A DNA stretch of 64,000 nt from contig NMRA01000471.1 of the NCBI GenBank assembly GCA_002633005.1, forward strand, positions 55,187 through 119,186, read 5' to 3'. Source of the DNA: Phoronis australis. Lineage: Eukaryota > Animalia > Phoronida. Shown piece after piece: positions 26,026 to 39,170 of this stretch. Every line of letters begins with the position of its first letter. The stretch's first letter is position 1. Position numbers and translations under genes: made by a program. Under the pieces are notes generated by a model. The model made no database searches. It had not been told where the DNA came from and saw only the letters and a program-made list of their open reading frames with translations.

Positions 26026-28553
26026 AATGTATAGTAACATGGTTTCGATAGTTTAACCAGTGTGAGGCATAATTCGGTGGATAGCTTTCGGCATATGGAG
26101 GGCTTATGAGATGCCCACCGTCTCTCAGTGCCAGTTGAGACGGCGGTACGGTACTGTCTACATACCAATATATGTATATGATATAATTAATTTCACAGGG
26201 TGAGAAGCAGAGCTACATGGGCCGAATGAAATTTCGAGGTCTATGTGAGGTTAGCATACTGCGGTCCCTAGCTGTATTTTGGTGTTAGCCTTCATACAGC
26301 TAGCTGGCTGGCTAGAGAACCAGCTAGGAGGACCTGAGCATTGGTCTTGACTCTTGAGGCTTGATGGACCACCCGAACTCTGACCCAAAACTGGGGATGG
26401 CTTGGTGGACCAGTAAGGCTATCACGAGTCCTCGAAAAGTTTAAGACCTTGGCAACATTCACATAGAAAACAGGCTGCAATTTCAGAAGAATGCAAACTA
26501 CAATAAAAATAGCCATCAAACTCGACCATGAGTTATGACGTATGCAGCCATCATCGGGTGCAAGGACCAAGAAACTGGAAAGTGTTTCTCTTGTGATCAA
26601 ATCAGCTGTTTAATGATCAATAATTACAAATTTCAGGAATGCCAAACGATCTGAACATATAGCTGAATTGCATTCGATCAGCACTTACATCTAGATGGTG
26701 CTCAAGAGTTGTACAAAAACGTGCCAGCAATACCCCACTCTTTCTTCTGAACACAAACCAAAACAACAACACATGAAAAACTTTGCAAATGACGTCTTGA
26801 TCAACAAACCCAGGCATCTTGGGTAATCCACTTGACCTAGTTATTATGACAGCGCGTTTTAATGAAATTGGAACTGTTCAAATGTTGATAACAATGCACA
26901 CATCGCAAATTAGTTGTTTTTTCATAACATTCGATAAGATAAAACTCGATTATAACATTCTTTTGGAGTCTAATTAAGTTTTTCTCATCAAGAGGGAGGG
27001 CAGTGTACTGTCTTGAAGCAATGGCTGTTCTAAAGCATTCCCTCTAAAATTATGCAAATTATTTCTTCTCGTGGCTGTAATGGCGCTTGTGTTTTTGGGG
27101 TAAGAAAATGGTATATTTTTCCAAATTAAACTAGTGAAACTGTATTTCGCTAAGGTTTTGTGTAGGGCATACGTTATAAAAGTGTTTGTTCTGAACTTTC
27201 ACACTTCTTTATTTTCTATTTCTGCCACAATACGAGGAGAAAACTAGTTCTTCGTAACGTTTTGTGGGTTCAACTTTATTTTCGACCTCGTCATTCTGTT
27301 TCGCCAATTTTCCAGGTTGTTTATTAATAAAGTACGACAAACCAGCTCATACATTGTTTGACTTCACCGGCAAGTAGACAGCTGTGTCATGTTTTATAAG
27401 TGTGTGTTTTATTTATGCGCATTATTTATGTTATGTTGTGTTTTACAAGGTTTTTCCAACCAGGAAAGTGAAAAATGTTGGAGTTCACGATTGAAAACGA
27501 GGTTCTCTGTAATACCCTCTGTTGCAGGATTTTAATGAAACCCAAGTAAATTTGGACAGCTTGTTACAAAGCACTTTCAGCTTTCTCCATGTTTATAGTT
27601 ATGGCAGGGGTATATCTGTATTGTACTGCAATGAAATGAAAATTATGTTCTAGAAACCTGACATACTTCCTGACTGTTGGAACTTAATGACTTTTGGAAA
27701 CTCGAGTCTTTTATCCAAGTCTCCGAATATTATTTTTTCAGCTGAAATGCATTTTATTTAACCTTTCCCTTCAATTTTCAAAAAGTGAAGCTGAAAACAT
27801 TGTTACTGCTGACTTACAGCTTTGACCTCTAATTGTTTATTAATATTCTGATTGTTATTTGTACCTCACGAACTTGATTATAGCTGTGGAATGTAAGAAT
27901 TGAAAAAGATTTTGATATTAGGGACTATAAAGTTAAAAGTAAAGAAATGAAGTGACTTGATTTATTCAAGTCGGCCAAATAAGCCAGTTTTTGCTGTTTA
28001 CCTAGCGAGCTTTCCAGCAATCTTATTCGTCAGTAGATGTGACGTATCAACTTTGTCGGCCAAATAAGTTAATTTTTGCAATTAATTCACCCGACAATCT
28101 TTTCGGCCCGTCATTACGTTACGTGGCATGATTACCTGAAAAGATCAATATTTCATTAGAAAATATTTTCAGTATCACACTAAGGGTTATGAAATGATGG
28201 ATTAAATATATTATACTAAGCACAGCTGGATAAAGTCCACGAGGTTGCCGAATTTGAACTATTTAAAGTCATGTGCGACCCTTGAAAAATGTCCAAGTTT
28301 GGCTAACTTCGGAACGTCCTAGAAACGGCCGATTGGATCGACGTGAAACTTTCAAATATTGTGTTTTATGCACTGTTCTCAAAAATTATGTTCAAAATTT
28401 TGCACTTTTACGTGTAGGGTTATCAAAATGGGTCTTTAATGATTTTCATAAAAAATGAAGTTGAATAAATTTGAAGTTATGAAAGGGATATGACATTGCC
28501 TGTAGTTAAAAAGACAAACATGATGTTTTTGATAGAATTTGCAAGTGTCAAGG

Positions 28554-29558
28554 CATAGGCGGATTTAGGGGGGGGGCCCAGGGGGCCCGTGCCCCCCCCT
28601 TGGCTGCCGCAAAAAAAATAAAACAGAGCGTAGGGAAATGGTGAGTTTATTAATTAACCCCGGTAATTAAAATTATACGGATGAAAAAAGATTTAAATTT
28701 GTGCAGTTTTAGTGTTTGGGGGGGGGGGCTCAAACCCAATTTCAAGTGTCAAATTCGGAACACTGCGCATTCGTAACGGAACTATGGCTAAGTATAGGCT
28801 CTCCCACGATATCCCAGGCGACCGGCAGTGGCGCTGCGCACTACGACTCTGTTTTCGTCGTCTGCTCCACTGTGCAATGAAGAAAATTTACTTCATTTTT
28901 TAAAGAAAATGGAACCTGAGTGACGATGAAAAAACAGAAGCTGCTGGTAAGATGGGAATTTTAATCGAAGCCTTAGTGAATCACTCAGAAACTCGCAATA
29001 CTCTCTTTGTCAAACCTTATGTTAAGACGATTTCCAAAGCAATCCCGTCATTATTGCCAACACGAAAAACGGATTTGGTCTTTTGGGCATTTGAAGACTA
29101 TTTTAAATACGACAAATTTGTTAAGAATTCATGGCACAAAATATAAAACGTGTAATAAGCATTACGAAAAGAAGTAGGTTTCGCGCGCAAACGCTGTGGA
29201 CCATAAACAAGTAAGTCTTTTAGCATGAGATTACTAGTTAAATCGTGGTGGTGTAGTGGTAACGCACGCGCTCTCTAACCGCGAGGTTGTGAGTTCAAGT
29301 CTTTGGTACGTTCAGTTTTCCTGTTTGACACGTTCTCTGTTTTTTTTTTCTTGAATAATACTTCAGGAATCAAGGAAAATGCTTGATTTTTAGAGGTAAA
29401 AACAGAAAAATTTCCTGGGCGCGAGGGGGGCAAACCCCCCTCCCGACCTCCCCCCATTCGGTGCTATGCGCATCTACAATCGTGGTTCAGTTTGCGCAAA
29501 TGCTTACAGCCGGACAAAATGTTGGGCCCCCCCTTGTGATATCCTAGATCCGCCACTG
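28554..29558. mobile_element. hAT-like non-autonomous element (6-bp TSD)
   Basis: CATAGGCGGATTTAGG...CTAGATCCGCCACTG, G/C-run subterminal motifs, flanked by TCAAGG on both sides. Confidence 0.75.
29243..29312 (+). pseudogene. tRNA-like relic (A/B boxes; anticodon position reads TCT)
   Basis: TGGTGTAGTGGTA A-box, CGCGC-tctctaa-CCGCG arm, GAGTTCAAGTC B-box; acceptor stem does not pair. Confidence 0.55.
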
Positions 29559-31925
29559 TCAAGGTTATGAGACTAAAAAAGTAAGCATTATTTGTTCTGG
29601 CCTGCATCTGACTCATTGTATGCCTGCATTTCACTGTTTCAAGAAAAGAGCACATGCCCACGTTATTTTTTCCACAGTTCTTTACAAGCTACATGGATGT
29701 ATATGACCTATTTTTAACGAATAGGCTTGGCAATGCATTGACAATGGCCTCTGTCATGATCTTAGTGTTATTTGACATTAACTTTCTGTTCTGGTGTTAA
29801 ACTTATCTAGTTGATGTGAAATGGTTTTAGGATTTACCAGTTTAGAAGAATTTTTTTCCAAAATAGTATTTTATCATTTTACATTGAGTCTTCTTTGTGA
29901 ATAGCCACAGCTTTATTGTTTGTCTATAATTAATATTCAAAAATGCTCTTCTGTACATAACCCCTCGCTCACTTAGGGTATTTTGGACAAACTTTTGAAA
30001 AAAGTGTCCTTACAAAGTTGTGGGTGCATATCCTAAGTGCATATTCTAAGTGCTTATCCTAAGTTCCTATCGCTAGCATATTTGTAATTTGATCATAATT
30101 TCCTGAATTTTGGCCTGTTTTCAGTTATTTTCACACTCATACCTTGGGAAATTCTCTTTTGTGAGCAAGTCCTCCAACACTTCTCATGGAATTTGGATTT
30201 AACTATGCTAACAAAATGTCGTCGTTTATATCTTTGACATTTTGTGATTCTACAGTACTTTCCTTTTGTTTTTGATATTTACTCATCCACGATCAGAAAT
30301 GGTGGTATTGCAACACATTCAGTATTACTCAGCAAGATGTTCAACCACACTTTATAAAAAGTGTGCTAACAAAGTGCTGTTTCACACATGGCAAGCATTT
30401 GGTCATATTTTCCAGAATTTTGTGGTGTTCTTTATTGTCAAGCATTCACTCATGTACTTCTACTGTAAACCTTTGGCAGGGGAATATTACAGTTGGCAGC
30501 TACCTTGTTGACAGTTGTATGTCTTAAAAAAGTTGTTTTAATATTCTTCTGGTCATTACATTGATTTGGATACTTGGCAAGCTATTGATATAAGACTAGG
30601 TCTATGGGGAGAGCAATTAAAGTTCCTTCTTGTTAATTGAAATTTCTCAAAAGTAATTGCAAATTGCTTAAATTTTCTGTTCCCCAATGACTGAATTCTG
30701 TGCTTTATGATGCTGAGAGACCTAGTGTACATAAGGATTAATTAGAACTGTTTCGGGTTCGTTGACATATTTGACAAAATGTCATGTTTCAAGCTTATAA
30801 TGGGTGATGGTAAGTTGGTGAAAAACTACCATATGTATACCCTGGTCACACCCTACTGGTAAAACAAGTTCAGTAAGGTCTGTAGTTCAGTCAAATTAAT
30901 GTAGCTTGAAATTCAAGTATTAGTGTGTGTGAGTGTGCTAATTTAAGGGCAGGATACTGACTTGCATTGTGACCTGACCAACATTACAAGGGTTGCTGTT
31001 GTCACAGTAGGACTCAAAACATGTAGCCGGATCTGCAATGTTGGTTTTTCTTGTCACCGTCTCTCTTTGTTCCTTGTTGTAACTGGCATATTTTTACTCT
31101 GTGCAAGTGTTTGTTATCAGCAAACCATTTGCATTTTTATCAGTTATTTTAGTCTATATAGTTTCACTGTCCCCTACTGACCTATATATGTATAGGATAA
31201 TTCTTCACTTATTTCAAAGTACACAATATGGCTAACAAGTGAATTCAATTTTGTCACAGTTCCGCTGTAATAGAGATTGAGAAAAATTTAGCATATCATG
31301 TATTGTGTAGATGCCATAAAATACCGTTTGGTAAAGTTTCCGCTGCTTGTAGAAAAGTAGTCATCCTTTGTAAAATGACAAGTGTGGCACCTGTTTTTTT
31401 GTGTGAAATATTGGAGAATGTTATATGTGCATGTACAATGAATGGTTCTGGCATTATTATTATGTATTATGAGGAATGAGAAGGCTTTTTAGAAAAAAAT
31501 GCCACTTGAGGGCAAAACCAATTTATCCCTCAGTTTTCTGTGATATAAAACACTTGTTGTCTGGTAGGAACCTTCTGTTCCTTCATTTTGATGCTTGTAG
31601 AACTATTTGTATGATGTCATAGGTCATCAGGTCAAAACTAATAACAACAAAAATATAGGAATGTTTTTTGTCTGTTGTGTTAAACTTGCATTTTTGCTTA
31701 GTTACGTATTTGACAGTGGTTTATTATTGATCAGAATTGTAAGTTATTCAGCTACACTGCTTACTGTTTTTTGAAGTTTGATTGATTCGCATACATCGAT
31801 AAATAAATGTTTGAAGGTTCCCATTTATGTCGAGCAATATTACACTCGAGTAATACGCCTCAGACATTGAGTATCCTTGCACACATTTTATTTATATACC
31901 TTTTTTCAAGTCTACTTCTAGTGCG

Positions 31926-31997
31926 TGTGCCGTGACTTAGCGGTAATGTGTGCGCTTTGCAAATTCTGAGACCCAAGTTCAAATCTCTTGCAAGCCA
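31926..31997 (+). pseudogene. Degenerate tRNA-like relic / SINE head
   Basis: GTGACTTAGCGGTAA A-box-like, TTTGCAAA loop, AAGTTCAAATC B-box-like; stems decayed. Confidence 0.35.
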
Positions 31998-33884
31998 AGT
32001 TTCAAATTTTCCGCCAAATCGGTATGTCATGGATGATATGTTGTAACTGAAATGGTCATATGTCTAGAAAAATCACAATAAGTGAGGGATATTTATGCTA
32101 TATCCTTGCATTTTTTTGTAAATTATCTCAAAGATGGCTCAAGTTGTATAATAACTATTTATAGTAGGTTTTTTCATTTTGCCACAAGTGTTTTTGGTAA
32201 TAAAGCTGTCGTCTTATTTTGAAATCAGATAATACTTAAAAGCATAGCAGATAGTTCTGGTTTTGTTTTTTGAAATTGGTGCGATGATACAGTATCTTTT
32301 TGTTGTTCATCTAAAAATGACTTGATGTTTAAGTGGTGTTTTTTCTCAACAGAAACCAACTTCACCACTGATGAGTGTGAGACAGTGGTCATAACCAATT
32401 TTTTGTCATTGGAGGCCCATCAGTAGGTTGGTGTGCCTCACTATGTCATTAAATGAATCAGTTTTCGTGCATTTGTATGACATTTGAAAAACATCAAGAT
32501 CTTGGCTAAAAATGATGCATTTTTTAAGCAGTGAGGTTAAGATGCATGTTTCAGACTGAGCTGGTAGGCAGAACAGAATCAGATATGCTTTTTTATTAGG
32601 CTTAAACACTTGTTTTTAAATTGTCTGGCTGTTTAAATATCAGAAGATGCCTGTAGACTACACAACTGATGTGTATATGGGTTAGTCTGGCTGTGGGTTA
32701 ATTGATATTCTATATTCTACATGAATGGAATATTCTATATTGTGTGTATCAAATATTGTTTACTAGAACCATCCTTGACTTTTATTGATTAGTGTTGAGA
32801 CTCTAATATGGGTGGATTTCATGTTAGTCTGTAAATTTATATTTGTGGCTGTTGTAATTTTAACCTGAAGTAATAACTGTTTGATACATGTGAGTTTAAT
32901 GCTTGTATTTTTATCTCCGATAACGATAACATCTTTGTATTATGGCTGCACTAAACCTACTGTTGTAGTCACGAGTAATTCTCGAATTCAATATTGCTGG
33001 AAAATTAATTTCTATTCAGAGTTTTTTGCATGATGGGTTATCAAAAATAAGACTTCTGATGTTTTTGCAATAAACGATAATAAAATGATAACTGAGTAAT
33101 CTGTAATGGCGTTTTTGAGATTTTATCTCAACATCTGTTTTAAACAAAGTTTGGGTTATTTTATTGATACCGTTGTTTTGCTATGATTTTACCATTCTTT
33201 GTGCTAACTATTATTAAAAAATATGGTCATGTGATTTATAGCAGATTCGTATAATGTTAAAATTCTAATTCTACAGGCTTTCTAATTTTAGAAAATATTT
33301 CTTATGTTAAATTCTGTAATTTTGTTGCTATTTAGCTGAATATAGAGACTTGTTGATGATGCTGTACATAACTTTGATATTATTTATGAGCTGGTCATAG
33401 AATGTGTGGTTGGAAGTTGTGTAAGAAACATCACTCATTCTGTTGTGCAGTCGCATTAAGTTGAGTATCTGACTCATCATGTTCTAATTACCATAATTAA
33501 AAACTTGAATTGATTTGCCTTCCTCCTTATGTAAAGAGCTTTTAAACACACTGCTCTGTGCTGTTCTGTGTACACGGATTTGTTTCTACTGAATTAAATT
33601 TGCATTCAGGAAGAGCCCCCTGGGGTTCTTTTGGAAAATAGATGGTACTCATTTGGAATATTGTATGTGCTGCCCTAAGTACCTCATACAGTCATGCTCT
33701 TAAAAAGTAACAGGAAAATGTTAATTTGGTGTGGTCTTGGTTACACTAAAGAAATCTGGAGACACTTCTGTTGACCAAGTGTTGAACCTGAAATATTTTG
33801 CACTTCCTGTTGAGGTGGCATCAGCAAGAAAACTGGTTCTGTGATCATCTTCAGCGTGGAACCAGGAACCTACACATTACAGTC

Positions 33885-34120
33885 AAATGTTCTGCTGGTC
33901 CAGCTAAATGTTCTGCTGGTCCAGCTAAATGTTTTGCTGGTCAAGTTAAATGTTCTGCTGGTCCAGCTAAATGTTCTGCTGGTCCAGCTAAATGTTCTGC
34001 TGGTCCAGCTAAATGTTCTGCTGGTCCAGCTAAATGGTCTGCTGGTCTAGCTAAATGCTCTGCTGGTCCAGCTAAATGTTCTGCTGGTCCAGCTAAATGT
34101 TCTGCTGGTCCAGCTAAATG
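33885..34120. repeat. 21-bp minisatellite, ~11 copies
   Basis: aaatgttctgctggtccagct. Confidence 0.95.
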
Positions 34121-35571
34121 CCACTTGATAAATGACTTGAGTATTTCAAGTGTATGTAAGTAGTGAAGTCATTGACCGATTTCAGTGAATGTCTAGAAGA
34201 CAATGACAAGAATTGACTACTTTAATAAAATCACAAACCAGCTTATAATGTTTTATGGCTCCGGTCAATGCTAATAAGATCAAAAAGTCTATCCCGTCCA
34301 CAGTAATCTAAAAATGCGTTTTTCAATTGTAAAAATGATAGTGCCTCTGAGGATTACAAAATGAGTCTACATTGACTTTTTGCACATATTGTCCACATTA
34401 TGAGCTTGCAAAACATTCTAGAAACAGTTTCATTTGGGGATTTTTCAAATGTTTTCTTGAAAAGCTCTCGCGCTGCTTTTGCCTGGTGACTGCTCTTTGG
34501 AAATTCCCTTTTGGCTTTGATGAAAGCATTTCTCAAGCACAGAAACATTACATGTAGTCTACTGTATTAATTGGTATTTGCTGCTAGTTGGAAATAACCA
34601 CCAGTTCTTCTCTACTCTAGTGCAAAAACATCCTGAAGTTTTGAATCGATGTGCGCTTGGTTAGAGTAATTGTGCCGCTTTGTAACCAGTTCTTTTTCAA
34701 CATGAGCAGAGGTATAATGTCTCAAAAGGTTGATCCCCAGATAGTATTTGGAAAAATAGACCTTTAGCAAAATGCCAAGAGGAGATTTTGTCCCATTTCT
34801 GTTGACGTCATAGTGGCCGTTTTCACTCCATGGACTATAGGTACTCTTGTCATCTGTAATAGAAAAATCAGACCGGTAGGTGAAGCACCGTAACTGCATA
34901 TAAATTAAGAATCAAATAAGTTGACCTGCATTGTACATTATTTTAGGAATAATTGATACATTTAATTGTTAGTTTAGTAAATGCATATTTAACTGCAATT
35001 TTTATTGTTTTGGGGAGAACATATTAATCTAAAAATTTGTAAGTGGTCCCCTGCCTTCTAGAGGCTACCGTGGGCCGATGTTGAGAACTTTATGAACCTC
35101 CAATGTAAATGAGCACAACTTATAGTTTGCATTTGTGTCAAAAATAACTGCGAGAATTTTGCTTTCCAAGACGGTTAGGCAAATATCTCACTTTTGGGGT
35201 TTCCTTCATGTTGCAATTGTAAATCCTCATAAATGCTGGCGAGGTAAGTGCTTTGATGATTACTATCGTTAGTCAATGAAAATAAATCATCGCATGACCT
35301 AACAACAACAGATTTTTGTGTACTGTTTGCTTGGAAGATAGTTAACAGATGAGTGAGCATTTCACCTCATTGTGTGTGACGACAATTTCACTTGAGGAAC
35401 CCAGTTCAGCTCATAGCTATCTATCTATGGTGCCCCTCGTTACTTGCGTTAGAAATCTTGAGGTTTGTTAGACGACGTGTTGGAATTCCATTAAATTCTT
35501 TTTAGTAAAAATTATTTTTTCGATTTGATTCTTGTTTGCCAATTCATTTTTTCTAGAATACGTATAAGCAT

Positions 35572-35962
35572 CTAACTTTTCTTGCGTACCAACTTAAGTC
35601 CTTAACTTTCCATGCGTACCAACTTAAGTCCCTAACTTTCCATGCGTACCAACTTAAGTCCCTAACTTTCCATGCGTACCAACTTAAGTCCCTAACTTTC
35701 CATGCGTACCAACTTAAGTCCCTAACTTTCCATGCGTACCAACTTAAGCTCCTAACATTCCATGCGTACCAACTTTAGCCCCTAACTTTCCATGCATACC
35801 AACATAAGCTCCTAACTTTCCATGCGTATCAACTTTAGCCTCTAACTTTCCATGCGTACCAACTTAGTCCCTAAGTTTCCATGTATACCAACTTAAGCCC
35901 TTAACTTTCCTTGCGTACCAACTTAAGCTCCTAACTTTCCATGCGTACCAACTTTAGCCCCT
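35572..35962. repeat. 29-30-bp minisatellite, ~13 copies
   Basis: ctaactttccatgcgtaccaacttaagtcc. Confidence 0.95.
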
Positions 35963-36570
35963 CATGGAAAAGTGCAACTAAAACACAATTGGAGAACAGT
36001 GCTTGATATGTGAACTCAATCGTACATTTCTGAGATACGTTGTTTCGTAGCCAATTCTGAAAGTCTTCTAGAGTCCTTTAAAGTGGCTTTAAACCTGCAT
36101 TTGATCCAAGAAGTGAATTTTCGATTTAAACCACTTGTCGCTATAAAATTGTTCTCAACCTTTTTCTTCTAGATGATTAATGATTTCTGGTTGTATTTCT
36201 AGAGACTGTGCTCGGTGCATAAACTGGCATGCCGTGGTCTGCTGGTCTAGTTAACTGTCATTTTTTTCAAAAGTCTTGTAATCGCCTTTGATTTAACTAA
36301 GGAGCAATGCTAGACCAAATCTCAGTATGGAAAGTGATACATCAGTTAGAAGTTGGTTTTCACCATGGAAGGCAGGTTCATAGCTGCTCGAATACCTTTG
36401 TTGATTAATGCACTGCTGCTGATCTGGTAACTTTTACTGTCTTTGGTTTTCAAATACATAATATTGCTCGTTTATTTATAAAGTACTATTTTCAATCAAT
36501 AGTTAATGTTTAGTGTTTAATAATCTTACTGCTTTATTTTACATTTTAGAGTCTCAACTATCAAGTATTG

Positions 36571-36691
36571 ATGGATATGGAGCCTGTTGCTATGGAGACC
36601 CCATCGACTGCTGAGCCAGAGGTTGCCAAGGCAACAGATCAATTTGATACAGTCGGCAATTGTGATGTTGAGCAGTCTTCTGTCTTACCAG
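36571..36691 (+). CDS. L3MBTL3: L3MBTL-like, probable first coding exon (exon starts 36550)
   Basis: ttttag acceptor at 36549; MDMEPVAMETPSTAEPEV...; G|gtatt donor in phase 1; the start codon is uncertain because the frame is open to the acceptor. Confidence 0.6.
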
Positions 36692-37076
36692 GTATTTTGT
36701 TTAATGAATGTTTACAAGTTGAGTAGCTCGTGTGTAAATGATCTTAATTTGCTGTGGTAAATTTTGTGCAATTTTAATTAGTGAGTGCATTTATTTAAGT
36801 AATTTACAATTGAATAAGTTCACAATCGGTATGTCGGCATGCCAATGTTTTTGAAAGTATCGGTCGGTGTCAGCAGTGAACTTCAGCCGTGTATTCACTT
36901 CACTTCATTTCATTTATTATGTGGCCATATAATACGATGTAGTGGCGGATTTAGAGGGGGCCATGGCCCTCCCAACTCAAAATCCTGTATCTGCCCCTGC
37001 GATACTTCAAAATGTAAAAATTACAGGGTTGGTGTGAAAAGGCCTTAAGTGGAAACATCCCAAGATTCCGTCTTAA

Positions 37077-37252
37077 GAGGAAGTTAGATTTAAGTGTTGT
37101 CATACTTTTGAGTCATTGATAACTAAAGCTAAGTTGGGTTAGAAATTATGTGTGAAAAATTCAGAAAACCCCAAGAACAACATTTTGATGAGTTTGGTTT
37201 TCTACACTAAGATCTACATTTACATAAATGTGGGGGCTTGCAATTTCCTCTT
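37077..37252. mobile_element. Possible short Kolobok-like element
   Basis: TTAA|GAGGAAGTTA ... CAATTTCCTC-tt|TTAA; short imperfect TIR. Confidence 0.3.
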
Positions 37253-38016
37253 TTAAGAGGTTTTGATTTTCTAATTTGATTTCCTGTTTCCTCTTTTTTA
37301 TCTCGTTTTTATCATTACTTTGACTTTATTCATGCAAAAATGTTTATTTCAGTTAAATTTTACTACACTAAAACTATTTCTATCACACAAGCCTATTTGT
37401 GGAACGATACATCACCTGCCAGTGTGAAACTGTCCTCTTTTTGTCATTGGTTATTCCAAGCCTTGAGAGGTATTAGGCAGAGGGCAGGGGCACAAATATC
37501 CCGCAGATTCAACGGAAAATTAAGGAAAATTTGGGCAATTTGGAAAGTCTGGGCAGCAGAGCCTCCGATAGAAACTGAAAGGAAACACTGTAAGAAGGCA
37601 TGGCAATTAATTTTTTTTGCATCTGCCTTGATATCTACCATGTTGTTATGTGGATCTTCACCTCCTAATGACGAGAGCTGCAGAACTGATTTTGATTGTC
37701 ATATTGATCTAGTTACCATGGAAATATCTGAAAAAGAGAATCCCTCATTTTTCACAATGGATGCAGATCAACTCGGCGTTTCTCTTCTTTTTGTTGTTTA
37801 TCAAGACTCAGTTCAGCGCAGTTGTTCAAAATGTGCTCTATCAGTGTTGTATTGATACTCAAGCATGGTGTTGCAAATCTCGAGGCATCCATGCAAATCT
37901 TTAACAAATGTCTGGAAAGCTTGCTAGCTTCTCTGCATGTTATGTACAAATGGTGTAGTTGCATTGCTTACATCTGATATGATGATTATTACTCCACTGA
38001 GTTCTTGATTTTTCAG

Positions 38017-38099
38017 ATAACATCCCCAGAGATCTCTTGTCGTCTGCTTCAGTCACGACTTCAGAGGAAGACAATAAGACAGCAGCAGATGCAAGTCAG
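38017..38099 (+). CDS. L3MBTL3: L3MBTL-like exon 2
   Basis: tttcag / CAG|gtacc; DNIPRDLLSSASVTTSEEDNKTAADASQ; phase 1 to 0. Confidence 0.7.
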
Positions 38100-38235
38100 G
38101 TACCTCGTTGACATTTATACCTTTACTTCCTTGCTACTAATCCGCGTTCCTTACAGGAAGTAAACTTTTGACTTCGACCATGCACTATAATGCCTTGTTC
38201 CTTGCTCAGTGAGAAGTGGTCTTTGTGTTTGCAGN

Positions 38236-38387
38236 CGATTGTTTGCAATGCTATATGGTCTATCCGATTGTTTGCAATGCTATATGGTCTATCTGATTGT
38301 TTGCAATGCTATATGGTCTATCCGATTGTTTGCAATGCTATATGGTCTATCTGATTGTTTGCAATGCTATATTGTCTATCTGATTGT
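38236..38387. repeat. 29-bp minisatellite
   Basis: gattgtttgcaatgctatatggtctatcc. Confidence 0.85.
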
Positions 38388-38464
38388 AGAGGAACTGAAG
38401 ATGAGAATTGATCCCGTCTTGCATTATTTACTGCTGTGTTATCTACATGTGATGTACATTGTAG

Positions 38465-38695
38465 GATTCACAGGTAGAAGAAAATCCTGACATTGTAGCG
38501 CCACCTGTTGTCATTTCCAATACTTCTGAGAGTTTGCCGGCTGACACTGCAGCGCCACCTAATGTCATGTCTAACACTGGTGAGATTCAACCTGACACTG
38601 GTGCAATTGAGGCCAGTGGAGATGGCGACTTTGACATGGAGTCTGCTATGCAGTGGGAGAATGGAATTGGCACCTTGCCAGGCAGTGATATGAAG
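38465..38695 (+). CDS. L3MBTL3: L3MBTL-like exon 3
   Basis: Ends AMQWENGIGTLPGSDMK|gtgag, the conserved L3MBTL1/3/4 N-terminal motif (W.DG..TLPGSDLKFR.NEFG). Confidence 0.88.
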
Positions 38696-39043
38696 GTGAG
38701 TTAACTGACATTAGATGGACTAAAGAACTGATTGGTATTGCTGTGGTAAAAATGTACTGCCTTTTGTAACCTAGAAGTGAAAAAATGTCTCTAACTTATG
38801 TTGTGGAATTGTCTGACTCCATTATGGGAGCATCAACTTAGGATTCTCTTGGGAATTGCATGGCTTCAAATATCTCAGCTGGATGAAAAATATTAGTGAT
38901 CATCTTTTGTAAACTGGCAATAAAGTTACAGTGGTTTGGTATTTTATGTTAGCCAGTTGTCAATTTCATTTTAGGTTGGTTTGTGTATAGCAGGCGGTAT
39001 TTATCAACTGCTTAAAGTTAACTGATTCTTTCTACTGTTTCAG

Positions 39044-39170
39044 TTCCGTAAGAACGAGTTTGGGATAATTGAGCTTGTCACTGATGACCTTGACCTTGCC
39101 CCAGAGACGCAAGCGATGGAGATTGAGGATGAGAACTCCAACTCATCGGAGCTAGTCAAAGCAGAACCAG
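39044..39170 (+). CDS. L3MBTL3: L3MBTL-like exon 4
   Basis: Begins FRKNEFGIIELV, completing the conserved motif; tttcag / G|gtact. Confidence 0.88.

Noticed and set aside
29243-29312. Functional tRNA-Arg gene
   Set aside because: Acceptor stem unpaired, mismatch in the anticodon stem, C at position 33; it lies inside a TE
33798-34163. CSAGPAK repeat ORF
   Set aside because: 21-bp tandem repeat with no splice or homology support
37340-37855. 171-aa ORF in L3MBTL intron 1
   Set aside because: No recognisable domain, and the flanking exons join in phase without it; a degraded TE fragment cannot be excluded
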